Part shown: positions 38,746 to 50,602 of the stretch, in pieces
Layout: every line of letters starts with the position of its first letter
Position numbering within the stretch: the stretch's first letter is position 1
Assembly: GCA_013265495.1 (NCBI GenBank)
Contig: MU058037.1
Coordinates: forward strand, 683,498 to 747,497
Direction of reading: 5' to 3'
Length of the DNA: 64,000 nt
Source of the DNA: Vicugna vicugna
Taxonomy: Eukaryota
The notes under the pieces: model-generated
Databases searched by the model: none
Told to the model about the DNA's origin: nothing
The model's input: the letters and a program-made list of their open reading frames with translations, nothing else
Program-made: the position numbers and the translations under genes

Positions 38746-39519
38746 AAGATTCTGCTTCCATACAATTGTTTATATATATATATATATATATATATATTTT
38801 CCTGATTAGATTATCTGTGAAATTGAATGTTACACAGGGCTGATGTGACCTTGAATATTGCCCTTTTCCTTTCTTTATTTTGTTCCTTGTGATTTTTCCA
38901 TATCTCACCCATCGAATTTTATTGTTCTAATTTCCCAGTATAGGATATGTGTCATAAAGGGTGAGTGAAATAGCTTTAGAGAAAAAAATAAAGGAAATGT
39001 CCAGAGTTAAAATAAGTGGAAGCATAAAGGGCACTAGCAACAAATAACAGCTTGCCATATTGAGACACTGTGGGAGATTCCCAGGATGCCCAGAGATGCT
39101 ATGAAATTCACACTGCCTGACTTTATACCATTCTCTTAGGATTTACAGCAACTGCCAGAAGCCAACTGGGGATTTTCTAGGCTATTCTCCACTTCCTCTT
39201 CCATATTCTTAATGTTCCCAAAAGTCATTGGAAGGGGTTAATGAGAAAGGATGTAGAATATTTTTCCTTTTAAACCTAAAGTGAAATAGTCATGTTTGAG
39301 GGACTTTCTAGCTTCTATGTGAAAATACAAAGACCTAAGTAATCCCTAAGGGCCTGTTGTTGCAATGATTATAGAAACATTTTTAATTAAAATGTTACAA
39401 TAGAAAGAATGATAAATTTAGTGAGTGGAAGGTCATAAAATTGTTCAAGGCATGCAAATCAAAACAAACTAATGTGCCAACTATATTGGCAAGAGATGCT
39501 TTTGGCTGGAAGAGATGGA

Positions 39520-39954
39520 AATTTCACCCGGGAAGATGTGCAGAGGTGATAATGTTAGGTAGTGTTGGTGCAGCTGCCACCCAATGTCATTAAGGACCCA
39601 GATTCTCTTTTTGTGTTCCATCGTCTTGGGTTTGTGGCCTTTGGTCTTCATGCTTTGACATCCTGATGGCAATGGAGTTTCTACAGTTTCATCGTGAAAT
39701 CCATGATCGATACAGGACGAAGGGAAATGGCTCTTACTGCCACACATGTCCCTTTTATCAGAAAAGCAAAATTTTCCTAGAAGGCCACAGGCATACAACC
39801 CCTCACTGCTTGAACACAGGTCATCTGGTCACTTCTAGCTTCATGAAGGTTGGTAAACTGATTCTGTGGTATTTTTATCCTTTACAGTGAGAAAAAAGAA
39901 AGAGATGGAGGCTTGGGATAGCTATTAGGCTAGACAACCAAGCATGTCTGCTAC
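39520..39954 (-). mobile_element. Old MaLR LTR (MLT1K-O-like)
   Basis: aatgtcattaaggacccagattc..tgtcccttttatcagaaaagcaaaattttcctagaag..ggtcatctggtcacttctagct..gtctgctaca. Confidence 0.7.
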
Positions 39955-41574
39955 ACAAACTAAGTTAATTGGGTTTTATGAATCCTTGTTTCAAGTACCA
40001 TTGTATGACTCTAGAAGATAAATTCGTGAAAATTGGTATTGTGGGAGAAAACTTCCTGCAGTTCTTTGTTGTGATAAACTCTTCTTTCTGTATATAAATC
40101 CTTGGGTTGGTTAATAGTGAAACAAGTTACCATGAATTAAAATGACTTATTTTACAAATGTCAGTCATTATACTAAAGATAAAAGTTAATTTAAATCCTG
40201 AGAAGAGATTTTGAGAAAATTATTGGAGTTGGTCCTCTTTTAACTTAAAAATCAGCTGCATAAGCTCTTGACCAAAATTTTCAAGTTAAAAATAACACTA
40301 ACATCATTGTTTGAAAATAATATGGTAAATAGAGATTTGAGAAATTAAATGGATGTCATTGGAATCTGTAATCATTAGATTTCTAATGAGGGTGGCTCGA
40401 ACAAACAATTAATCAAGCTTCAGTGGTTTGGATGAATCATGCCCATTCTTTGACTTTGTTACTTACAGAACATTTTCTTTTTTAATTGCAGACTGAATAT
40501 TTTCAAATGATGTTACTAATAATTATTGATGAGTGAATTGCACAGGATTGTGAAATTTGGTTTCAGTTGAATAAGAAAAGTCAAACAATTGAGCAATTAA
40601 ATTCATTCCAATCATCTGAGCTTCTAGAAAATTGGTTTGAAATGGCATTGAGGAATCTAATTGAATTTCTATATATTGTGTGCTAATATAACTATGGGCA
40701 AGGATTTAGCATCATTAACTAATATTTGAAATTTGAGAAGAGTTTGAAGATTATCTCCAATCATCCAAGATGGTATGGTGGAAGTAAGTGAAGTTTAAAT
40801 TAACTCCCTTACTTCCTCAGATAAAGAATTTTAGTTTAGAAGTGGTTAAATTACTTGATGAAAATAGTATGACTAGTTAGTTAAATCAAGAGCTAAAACC
40901 AAATTGGCCTAACGCTTGTGTCAATCCTCTAGTTTTATATTTCTCTTGAAAAATAATGGTCACATCAGTATTTTACTTGCTGCCTCAGGATACTGATAGG
41001 AATAAAATTTATGTGAAAACCAAGATTTGTAAATGATGTTAATGTATGAGAAATACGGGATTAAGGGGCTTTCATATACCTATTAATGTAGCCCAATAAA
41101 GAATCAGTAATCCATGTAGCTAGAAACAAACAAAATCTTGGACTTAAAAGAAAAAAGATAAGGCATCTATCTTATCAAAATCAGATAACAGAATAATGCC
41201 TCTCCGTTGTATTCCTTTTATATTGTGTTCTCCTAGAAATCAATTTGAGGGGAGGACAATGAAAATATTTGTTGCAGCCAGGTGATTGAGTTCTCCTCTG
41301 GGGAATTGTAAAGGTAGTCAGAGAAAGAAAGGAGGTTTTCTGTTAATCCTATCTGTATTCTCTTCTATTTGCTGGGGTCAAAGTTTCTTTGCAAGGCTAA
41401 AAACAGTTTGTCGTTTTTCCCAGTAAGAGTGTTTTCTGTGTAATTCAATATTGGATAATAATAATAATAGCAAGCATTTAGTGCACTCTCTTTTTTTGGT
41501 ATCATGAACTGCACCTTGTGCTTTGAAGGCTTTTTCTTAATTGATTTTCACAAAAACCCTATGAGATAGTGTAA

Positions 41575-41961
41575 TATTCATTAGAACTAATCACAGATAT
41601 TTCTTGTTCTTCTGGGCTGTGATAGGATTGCCCTTCTCTTCCCTCCTTGGAGTTAGGGATGATTGTAAATCTTGCTTTTAGCCAATGAAATGGAAGCGGA
41701 AGTGATGGGCGCCCTGTCTACGTGGAAGCTTTAAGAGCCAGTGTGCAATTCAACAGAATCTTTCCTTTGCCATTACAGTTAACAATGTTCCAAAGAGTGG
41801 TACTCTCTTAACCTGTGTCTTAGAGTGAGAACCGCTGGGGCGCAGTTCCTAGCTGCCTTACAATGGAAATGAAAAGAGAGTGAAAGATAAACTTTGTATT
41901 AAGCCATTAAGATTTTGAGGGTTGTTACTGCAGCATAGCCTGATCCATTCTGACTGATATA
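41575..41961 (+). mobile_element. MaLR LTR (MLT1I/J-like) nested in a minus-strand MIR (~41460-42100)
   Basis: tagccaatgaaatggaagcggaagtga..ggaagctttaagagccagtgtgcaatt..ttaagccattaagattttgagggttgttactgcagcatagcctgatccattctgactgatata. Confidence 0.8.
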
Positions 41962-42365
41962 GGTAATAATTTTTACTACCTTCAATTTACAAAGGAGGAA
42001 AATAAGGATAAGTTATTTATCCATGATGACACCACAGCTTAAATAGAACTTAACTCGATTCAACCAAGCAATCTGACTCCATTGCTCATATCCTTAGCAC
42101 CATTTTATATAGCTGTGGTAGTATACTTATTATAAAGAGGGAATGTCCACTAATATGATGTGGAGCCCTGTATTTAATTTCTGAGCATAGACAGGGGATT
42201 ATTACTTTTAGTTCACTTAACTTTGACATATTTTTAGTATTTACAAATCATTTACACATGCATAATTAATCCAATAGAATATACCTGAATATTGTTGTCC
42301 TCAGGGAAAAAACAGTATGAAGAGGTCATCAAAGCATATATCCAGGGATCCTTTGCAAACATCCC

Positions 42366-42742
42366 TGTGTTAGTCAGTTTGGGCTGCCATAGCAAAATAC
42401 CACAGATGGAGTGAGTAAACAACAGAAATTTGTTTTCTCATGACTCTGGAATCTGGGAAGTCCAAGATCAAGGTGCCAGCCCATTTGGTTCCTGGTGAGG
42501 ACTCTTTTCCTAGCTTGTACACAGCTGCCATCTCATTGTGTCCTCAAATAGCAAAGAAAGACAGTGTGTGTCTCTTCCTCTTCTTATAATAACACTTGAC
42601 CTATCAGGTTAGGACCCCACCCTTATGACCTCATTTAGCCTTTATCACCTCCTCAAAAGCCCTGTCTCCAGGTATAGACACATCGGAGGTTAGGGCTTCA
42701 GCATATGAATTTTGGAGAGACACAAACATTTGGTCTGTAACA
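42366..42742 (-). mobile_element. MaLR solo LTR (MLT1A0-like)
   Basis: tg...ca termini; perfect 5-bp TSD atccc (42361-65, 42743-47); ctgggaagtccaagatcaaggtgccagc and ggaccccacccttatgacctcattt motifs. Confidence 0.93.
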
Positions 42743-42869
42743 ATCCCCTAGGAGCCCTAAACAATTTAAGAAAGCTTTACTAATAAAGACTCACTTCCAT
42801 TTATTTCCAAGCGTTTTCTGTCTCTATATATGGAACTAAAAAGAAATTCCAATGAAAAGTGTATCATCC

Positions 42870-43165
42870 TTTCATTTATTCACTTATTTAACACCTATTT
42901 ATTGAGCGTCTATTATATGCCATATTATTCTAGGCACTGAGGTACAGCACTGAACAAAGCAAATTTCTTTGCTTTGTGAAATTTATGTTTTAATAGGTAT
43001 ATATCATATGTCACATTATGCCAGAGTAATATATTACATTAATAAAAAATAAAGCAGATTAAAAGTATAGAGAATGATAGAAGCCAGAAAAAAAGTACTC
43101 TTGCTGCTTTTCAATGGTAGTCAAATAAATTCTCTCAAATGAGGTGACTTTTATGCAAAGACCTA
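42870..43165 (-). mobile_element. L2 3' end
   Basis: tttcatttattcacttatttaacacctatttattgagcgtctattatatgcca..ttctaggcactgagg. Confidence 0.8.
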
Positions 43166-43268
43166 ACAGTTACAGCTTTAACAGCTTCAAATATTGAAAC
43201 TGAAAATATAATGAGAGAGCTATTCTCGGATTCCTTCACTTTACAGAAAGATAAACTGGGATCTAAAA

Positions 43269-43489
43269 TAGGGATTGGCAAACATTTTTCTTAAGAGCCC
43301 AGTTATAAATATTTTTTATTTTGCATGCTAGACAGTCTCTGTCATAACAACTCAACTATACTGTTGTAGCACAAAACAGCCATAAATAATAAATAAACAA
43401 AGAATATGGATGTGTTCTAATAAAACTTTATTTACAAAAACAGGCAAGGGGTAAGATTTGTCCCTCAGGCTATAGTTTGCCTATCCCTA
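43269..43489 (+). mobile_element. MER58A hAT-Charlie MITE
   Basis: TIR tagggattggcaaac/gtttgcctatcccta (14/15); 8-bp TSD atctaaaa/atctagaa; aataaaactttatttacaaaaacagg motif. Confidence 0.92.
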
Positions 43490-46054
43490 ATCTAGAACAA
43501 TGAAATGACTTTCCCAGGTCACACGTTTCGTGGTTGATGACAGCAGAGAGGACAAATATGTTTCTTCTGTCACTGAAAACAACAAAGACATCTTTAGAGC
43601 AGATTGTCACAAAGACAGAGTTAAATAAATAATAATATGTCATGGGTGAAAAAAAATTATCCATTTAACTTCTGGCACCTGCATTTATTTTAGGGAGCAA
43701 ACTGTCTTTGTTTAGGAAAACATATTGGTAAGCTACTTGTGAGAGAAGGTGACACCCTGAGGGCTGAGTTTAGCAGGAGGCAATGAAATAAAAAGGATGA
43801 CTCAGTGGCTCTGCACTAGAAAGGAACCAAAATTAGAAGAAAAGGGAAGGTAGAGAAAAGGAAAGAGGGAAAAGCCAATCGACAGAACATAGTGGTAGAA
43901 GAAGGCATTTGAAGAAAAATATGTTTGATCAATTTTTAATCAGCTGCATTGTAGCAATGCAAACCCTCTATTGTCCTCAAAAATTAAGAATACTCTAATG
44001 CACAATTCAAAGGCCTTTTATGAATGGGCTTTTGAAGATGTCTGTGTGGGAGTAGGAGGAAGAAAGTTAGGAAGCTGAGTTTTGTCTGGGCCAATTCTTT
44101 TTGTGTGTGTGGCATTTAATTAAATCCCAGCCTTCGATAGCTCAACCGTCTGTTTTCTCTATTCCTGTGGTTAAACACCACCAGGGAAGGTCCCGTTCCA
44201 GGGCATATTGGTCCAGTAATAAGTTTAAAACTTCCAACCTCAGAAGGGCCCTCGACAGTGCCCACACACTCTTTGCAACAGCTATTTCAAACCTTATCCA
44301 CTCTGTTCAAAGCATCAAGCTTTCCCCTCCTCCTCTCCACTTACATGATAGCCTGGCATTTTAGATGAAAAGAGAAAGCATCAGATGGTAACTCCCTTAC
44401 CTTCCCACCCCACCTAACGTACTAATCACGGCACCTCTAACTTTGGAGTAGCCTCCTTCCCTTCTGTGAAAAGAGAGGGAGGGCTGCCTCTCCTCCTGCA
44501 TAAGGTGAGACTTCTGCCTCGAGGACTGCCTACTCCAAAGTCTCCATGAAACTGAATCCTTCACGTCGGTGCTTTACACTTACTTAACGTGCCATTAGAA
44601 AAAAGCCTTCCTCTGCCGTACATGCCACTACCTTCTCCTGCCCACTTTTCCTTCTCTCCTTCACCACTTAGCTTCTTGAAAGAGTAGTTGGCGAAACTGT
44701 CCTCATTTCCTTATCCCCCCCCACTTCTCAATCCTCTCTAATCTGGACTTTTCCCAGTACTGTAATCTCACTAAATGCAAGGAGAAATTTACATTTTTAC
44801 CTTGTTCAAGATTTCCACAGAGCTTGACATTGTTGACCACTCCCTTCTTGAAAAACTAATCCTTTGGCTTATAAGTCATTACCCTCCCTTTTTCCCTCTC
44901 TGCTCTAACTTCTCACTAACTGCCTTATGTGCAGTTTCATGCTCTTCCGCTTCCTAGACATCCAGTGTAGAAGTTCCTCAAAGCTAAAACTGAAGTTCTC
45001 TTTTCTTTCTGCTCTCTGTTCTCCTATTAAGTGATCTTATTCTCATGCAAGGTTTCAGTTAGCACCCATAATCTGGTGACTCCACTTTATTTCTGCAAAT
45101 GAAACTCTCCTTGGAACTCTAGATCATAATTGCTAACAGCTATTTGACATTTCTTTATAGATGCTTCAAACCCATGTCAAAAGTCAAATTTATGATCTCC
45201 CTACTTAGTCCTCTTATTGAAGAGTGAATGGCATCACCATCCAACTGCTTATATAAGACAGAAACTTGGTAATGCGTGACTCTTCCTTCAACTTCTCTCA
45301 TATCCAGTTAATCACAAAGCTGTCAATTCTACCTCCTAAATATATGTAAAATTTCTCATGTCTTTCCACATCTCCTGCCACCACTCTTGCCTAAGTAAGC
45401 TATCTCCAACTCTCAAATGGGGTAATGCAATAGCCTACTTTAACACTTGGCCTCTCTCTCCACTCACTCCTACTCCAAACTGCGGTAACCAAGGTACTGG
45501 TTTGAAATGCAGACCTGGTTAGATCATACCTCCATTACATCAGTGGCTTGTCATTGTTGTTTGAACAATGACTGCAATCCATAACATAGCCTACGATTTC
45601 TTACATGTCATTGCTATTTCTTCCAGTGTCATTTCACACCACAATCCATCCAAATTTGTGTACTTCAGCCATGATGAGCTTCCTTGATGAGCTTCCTTTA
45701 TGATTTCCTTTCCACCATAGGGCCTTTCCATGAAGAACTCTCCATTTGCATCAGATGGTAACTCCCTTATCTTCCCACCCCACCTAGCATACTAATCAAG
45801 GAACCTCTAACTTTGGGGTATCAACTTTTCCTTCTGTGAAAAGAGGAGGCTGCCTCTCCTCATATATAAGGTAGATCCTTCCACCTCATGAACTGTACAT
45901 TTTCTATTATCCTTTAACACTCCTATATTCTAGATTCTCTCAGGGAACTGAATCCTTTACATTAGGGCTTAAGTCATTACTCTTAAATGAAACATGGAGT
46001 TTTTTTACCCTCTCCTTTAGCTTAGTTAACTCCTATAATTCTTTTGGATCACAT

Positions 46055-46415
46055 TTTTTTAATTCTTAAATATATATTTTTATTGAAGTATAGTCAGTTT
46101 ACAATGTTGTGTCAATTTCTGGTGTACAGCATAATGCTTCAGTCATGCATAAACATACATATGTTTGTTTTCATATTTGTTTCCACCATAGGTTACTACA
46201 AGATATTGAATATAATTCCCTGTGCTATACAGTATGAACTTGTTGTATATCGGATTTTGTGAGAATCCTGCTGTGTTTTGAAGTGAGAGACACTCTGCTA
46301 GAGTTGGATAAGTGTTCTGTGTGATTCAGTGGATTTGTAGATGTAATTCTTGTTGTATTTGTGGGAGAGGGCGAGCTGTGAGCCTCTCTAGTCCGCCATG
46401 TTGGCACCTCCTCCC
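46055..46415 (-). mobile_element. Bipartite mini-L1: L1 5' end (46415-46251) fused to L1 3' UTR end and A-tail (46250-46055)
   Basis: Minus strand starts GGGAGGAGGTGCCAACATGGCGGACTAGAGAGG..GCCCTCTCCCACAAATAC; 3' part aligns to the L1 at 57838-58010; AATAAA at 46084-46079; TSD ttggatcacat 46044-54 / 46416-26. Confidence 0.85.
46393..46403 (+). promoter_or_regulatory. YY1 motif of the L1 internal promoter
   Basis: CCGCCATGTTG matches the YY1 consensus CCGCCATNTT; at about +14 to +22 of the element, similar to the YY1 position in primate L1. Confidence 0.65.
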
Positions 46416-48899
46416 TTGGATCACATCTTAATGGCTTTTTTTTTTCTTTTAGGAGACTAGATAAAATACATGATTTTGTAAACATTCTCTTCTCCATCAT
46501 AGCACTTATCCATTGTAATGTCCTAGTCACTTATATGATTATTTAACAGATGTCTTCTCTCAAGCTAGCCTATTGGTTTCCCTAAAACCAGCCCAGTGCC
46601 TCACATATAACATGGCCTAACAAATAATGGGCCCTCAGTAAATATTTGGTAAATGGACAAGTGATGCTCTGCAGAGCATACTGGATAGTAAAACACTATA
46701 CAGTGCATTGATTCAAAATAAATAGGAGAGTAAACTCAGAGGTGATCATGAGTATGACCTCTCTGAGACTATGCGGACATTTAGAAAATGGCACTGAACT
46801 TTCTACAAGCCATGAAATTGAGAGGTAAACAGACTTCTCTAGGCTATGGCTGACATCTGGATTGCAGTTAATTTCTCCAGCATGTGAAATGTGTAGTTTA
46901 AATTAGGAATCAAGAAGTGCTGACCCCATTTTTAACTTGGTAATGTTACGTGGGACCACTATTGGGGAACAAAGTGAGATTTGGCCTAATCTCCACAGTT
47001 GTAAAACAAGGACTTCTGCCAAATGACTCAAGAATTTTGTGAATTTTTAATAGTGTTCACCCCATTCTGATAGTGGATAAGGGTAGCTTCAGTAAGATTT
47101 TTAAAGTTTATCTCATAAAAAAATAAAGAGTTAATTAGTATGTATCATCAAGTAAGGCCCAAATCCAGTTTTCACTGGCGTTATCTCACAGAGGGACATC
47201 ACACCTGCTACATTAAGAGCCAGCTGTGCTGAGCGTAGCCTACTTAAACAGGTCTTAATACCCCTTTTTGGCTGGGAAACATTATTGCACTCATGGAACA
47301 TGTCATATTTTGCATGTTTTATGCCTTGGGTTTTATAAGCATTAGATAAAACTATGATTCACAGGTATTAATCCAAGTCCCTCAGCAGTTCTCTGGCAGG
47401 CACCCATTGCTCCATGACTTAGTTCCCCCAATTAATCATCTTCTTTTTTGACTCAAATTGCTCACAGCTGTGATCAAACATTGGCACCGCTCCTAAGAAG
47501 GAGGGGCATACAAGAGCTGTTATTGGGCAAATAATAGAAGCTGTCACACAACCTGTGTTTAGTTACAAAAAGTTTGCAAACTTAGAAGACGCTGGCTGTT
47601 GGGCAAGTGAAAGAGTCTCATTGGAAAGGGAACCCCATTATTTAGATTTGTATAGCATTCTTGCCCAAGCCTATGGTGTTGGAAATCATACCACTTGAGC
47701 TGTAAATCATTTTTAGAAGGTGTGTAAATACCTCATGAATGACTCTTTGAGGGAAAAATCTAAGAAAAAACGGAAGGGATTTGACAAATGGAAAAAAATT
47801 ATTATAATTAATGTACCAAAGACCTTTGAAACAATGTAGGTGTATTTGTCTATCTTGTTTTTTGATAATTAATCTTTAGAAACTAAGGTAAAAGTTGTCC
47901 TCCCTCTTTCTGCTAATTTTATTTTCTCTGTATGAAGGAAAATACCAAGTAGAATAATCTGTCAACATAATCAGATTCAAGAAAACTTAGAACTTATTCC
48001 TAAATTGCATTTTATTTTAAAGTTGATAATGTAAGAAGTTTACAAACATTTTAGATCTCTTTTTGCACCTCAGATTGACTTATTTCCCTTGTTCATGTAG
48101 CTAGTAGTGGCAAATCTAAGGTTCAAGCTCAAGTCAATGGACTCTAAAGCTCAAGCTTTTAATCAGCCTCTCAGTCATCCTCTTACTTTGTTTTATATAT
48201 TTACAGGGCTTAAATATTATTTCAACAAAAAGAAAACAATCCATCAGAAAGGGTACAAATATTGATGAGAATAAGATGTCTCCTCATGCTACAAAAGGCC
48301 AGATACTTATGAAGTTATTCACTTACTAAAGGAGAACTTCATACAACTCCAGAGTGATTTTTCAGAGCTTTAAATTTCATAATTGTTATTTTACATCAGA
48401 CACCCATTAGTTTTCCCATTAATGTATCCAGTAAGAGGATACAAGTCCTGTATTTGCAAGGGTATGGAGAAGCTGGCATTCTCACCCAGATCTGGAGAGT
48501 GTTCCAATATTCTTGGTAGACATTTAAAAATTAAGCTAATGCTGTCTTACTATGTACACAATTGACTTTTTTCATTCAGAAATATTTTGTAGAATCCATT
48601 GTGCAAATTCTTGAGTCCAATATAATCCCCCAGATTACATCAGTTTTATAATTGTTCAGAGCTTGGTAGTTAATACACACCAGCATATTTTGGTTTCTTT
48701 TTCACTCAGAGAAGCTTCCACATTGACTAAGGCTAGGTGCTGGTGCAGGAGTCTACTCAGAGCAGAGTGGTTTTATTTGTGTCACTGGAAAAACTGACTT
48801 TGGAAATTTTCAGTGGATTTCTGAACTTATTCCCCCAAGAGTTAGAAACTTAAATACAGGGGCTAATGTTTTTCAGTCTGTCTTAAGGTACTGATCCAG

Positions 48900-49630
48900 A
48901 TCACATGCTCTTTTTGAAGTTCGTTTTCTGAACTATAGGGCAGGGGGCCACTAAATACCCAGAAAAAAAACTCTAGCAAAAAAATAATAAGAAAAATGGA
49001 TATAACGTATATTTTTTAATATTTATAAATGTATGAATGAGTCAGCAAGGAAGTAAGGGAGATCCTCAGAGGTCAAAAATAAAATAAAATAATGACTCTA
49101 GAGATGTAAGCAAGCTCTCAAACCAGTGCTTGCCCCAGACCTTCAGCCATATGGGGAGCAGGAGGTTAAGCTGAGGGTCCATGAAACGTGTGGAATCAGA
49201 TTGGATGTTGTTGAATGTATCTAGGGCCCCCAGGGTTATACCCTCAGCAAAAAGATTCCTAAATTATGCCTCACAGAAGGAGACAGTGAAGAAACCTTCC
49301 TATCTCTAAATCTTGGGTCTGGATAGAGGGGGGGAAATAAATACCCTGAGCTGTGTTTGGGGCCCTAGTTTGCATTTTCTTAGTTGTCCAAAAATTCTTA
49401 AGCCAAGGAATAATATTAATGTTGTCTTGGGTGATAATGCTTACAGGTGCCTGGCAGAAAATAATAAATAAGAATCCTTCTCAGAAGGACACTACTTCTA
49501 CTCAGTTCTCAAAGTATTCCCATAGAAAAAGTTCATACAGGTACGAGCTTACAAGAAGACATCACAAAACCCAAAAGAAAATAAGACATCATGAAGAAAA
49601 GTCAGGAGAAATAACCAACAGCAGGGACCC
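48900..49630 (+). mobile_element. Old L1ME-type 5' region
   Basis: gagtcagcaaggaagtaagggagatcctcagagg...gtgcctggcagaa...catcacaaaacccaaaagaaaataagacatcatgaagaaaagtcagg. Confidence 0.55.
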
Positions 49631-50602
49631 AAAAGCAGAAGTAAATGGAAATACACAAATGCTTTCTCAAGTTTACTGCTGTCCCATTAATTAAACAAGT
49701 GACACGGTCCAGCCTGGAGTCATTGTGGATAGGTACTCCCGAAAGTGCTCAATTCCATCAGTAATCAAGGAAAGAGACATTACCAACAACATAAGCTTTT
49801 TTATGTTTTTAATTTTTTATCAAATTGATCATAAGTATAAAAATTTATCATTAATGCACATACTTTAGAATCAAGCAGCTATATGGTATTTTTAAAGAAA
49901 CCCTCTACTCTTATCATTATCCCATTTTCCCCTCCTGGAAACAACAGTCAACTCCTTTTAGATGATTCTTTCAGTATTTAAAAATATTTTTACTTATTTA
50001 TTTCTTCCATTTTAAGCTATGGCACTCTTTCAAGCCTGGTATCCACTGCACACATGAATACTTCCTGTTCTCTCCCCCACTTTCCAAGATAAAATGTTTC
50101 AATTTTCTTTATATCACTCTTCAGTGTTTATATTATGGTTATGAGAAGCTTTTTCCCAGCATGATTATGAAAAGATAATGTGGCATACTTTCCTTGCACA
50201 TTTTTTTGTTTTCCTTGAAGATAATAATGATCTATTTTTATTGTTTTTTTCTATATTATTGTGAATCAACATAAAACTATCAATTATGTAAATCACACCT
50301 CAATACAGTAGATGATAAAGATACTCTATGAATGTAATATTTTCAAGAAATCACTCCTGAAGGCCTTCTGGCCTTCACCAAGCAGAAATGGTTGCCCTCT
50401 ACTCTTGGGGCAGAGCTATTATCCTGGGATATACTTTAGTATTATCCTGGCATTGTCTTCACGTCTTTCTGTGTTGGAGTACCCATTTTCTGAACCATTT
50501 CTTCTTTACCATCATTTTGATGGGCCATATCCTATAATTGCTGTCTGATAAACAGTGCATAGAAGGTAAATTTTCTTGAGACTGTTCATGTCATAAAGTG
50601 TC

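Larger units (their letters stand above)
44270..46660 (+). mobile_element. Long L2 element carrying an internal duplication and a mini-L1 insertion
   Basis: L2 motifs throughout (ttgacattgttgaccactcccttcttgaaa, gtgaatggcatcaccatcc, caattctacctcctaaatat), ending cctcagtaaatatttggtaaatgga. Confidence 0.8.

Noticed and set aside
38447..38908. Cluster of ORFs with YIYI/X runs
   Set aside because: Artefact of (TA)n repeats and the N gap.
45672..45697. 13-bp tandem duplication tgatgagcttcct (similar short repeat at 36397-36429)
   Set aside because: Ordinary micro-duplications within decayed repeats.
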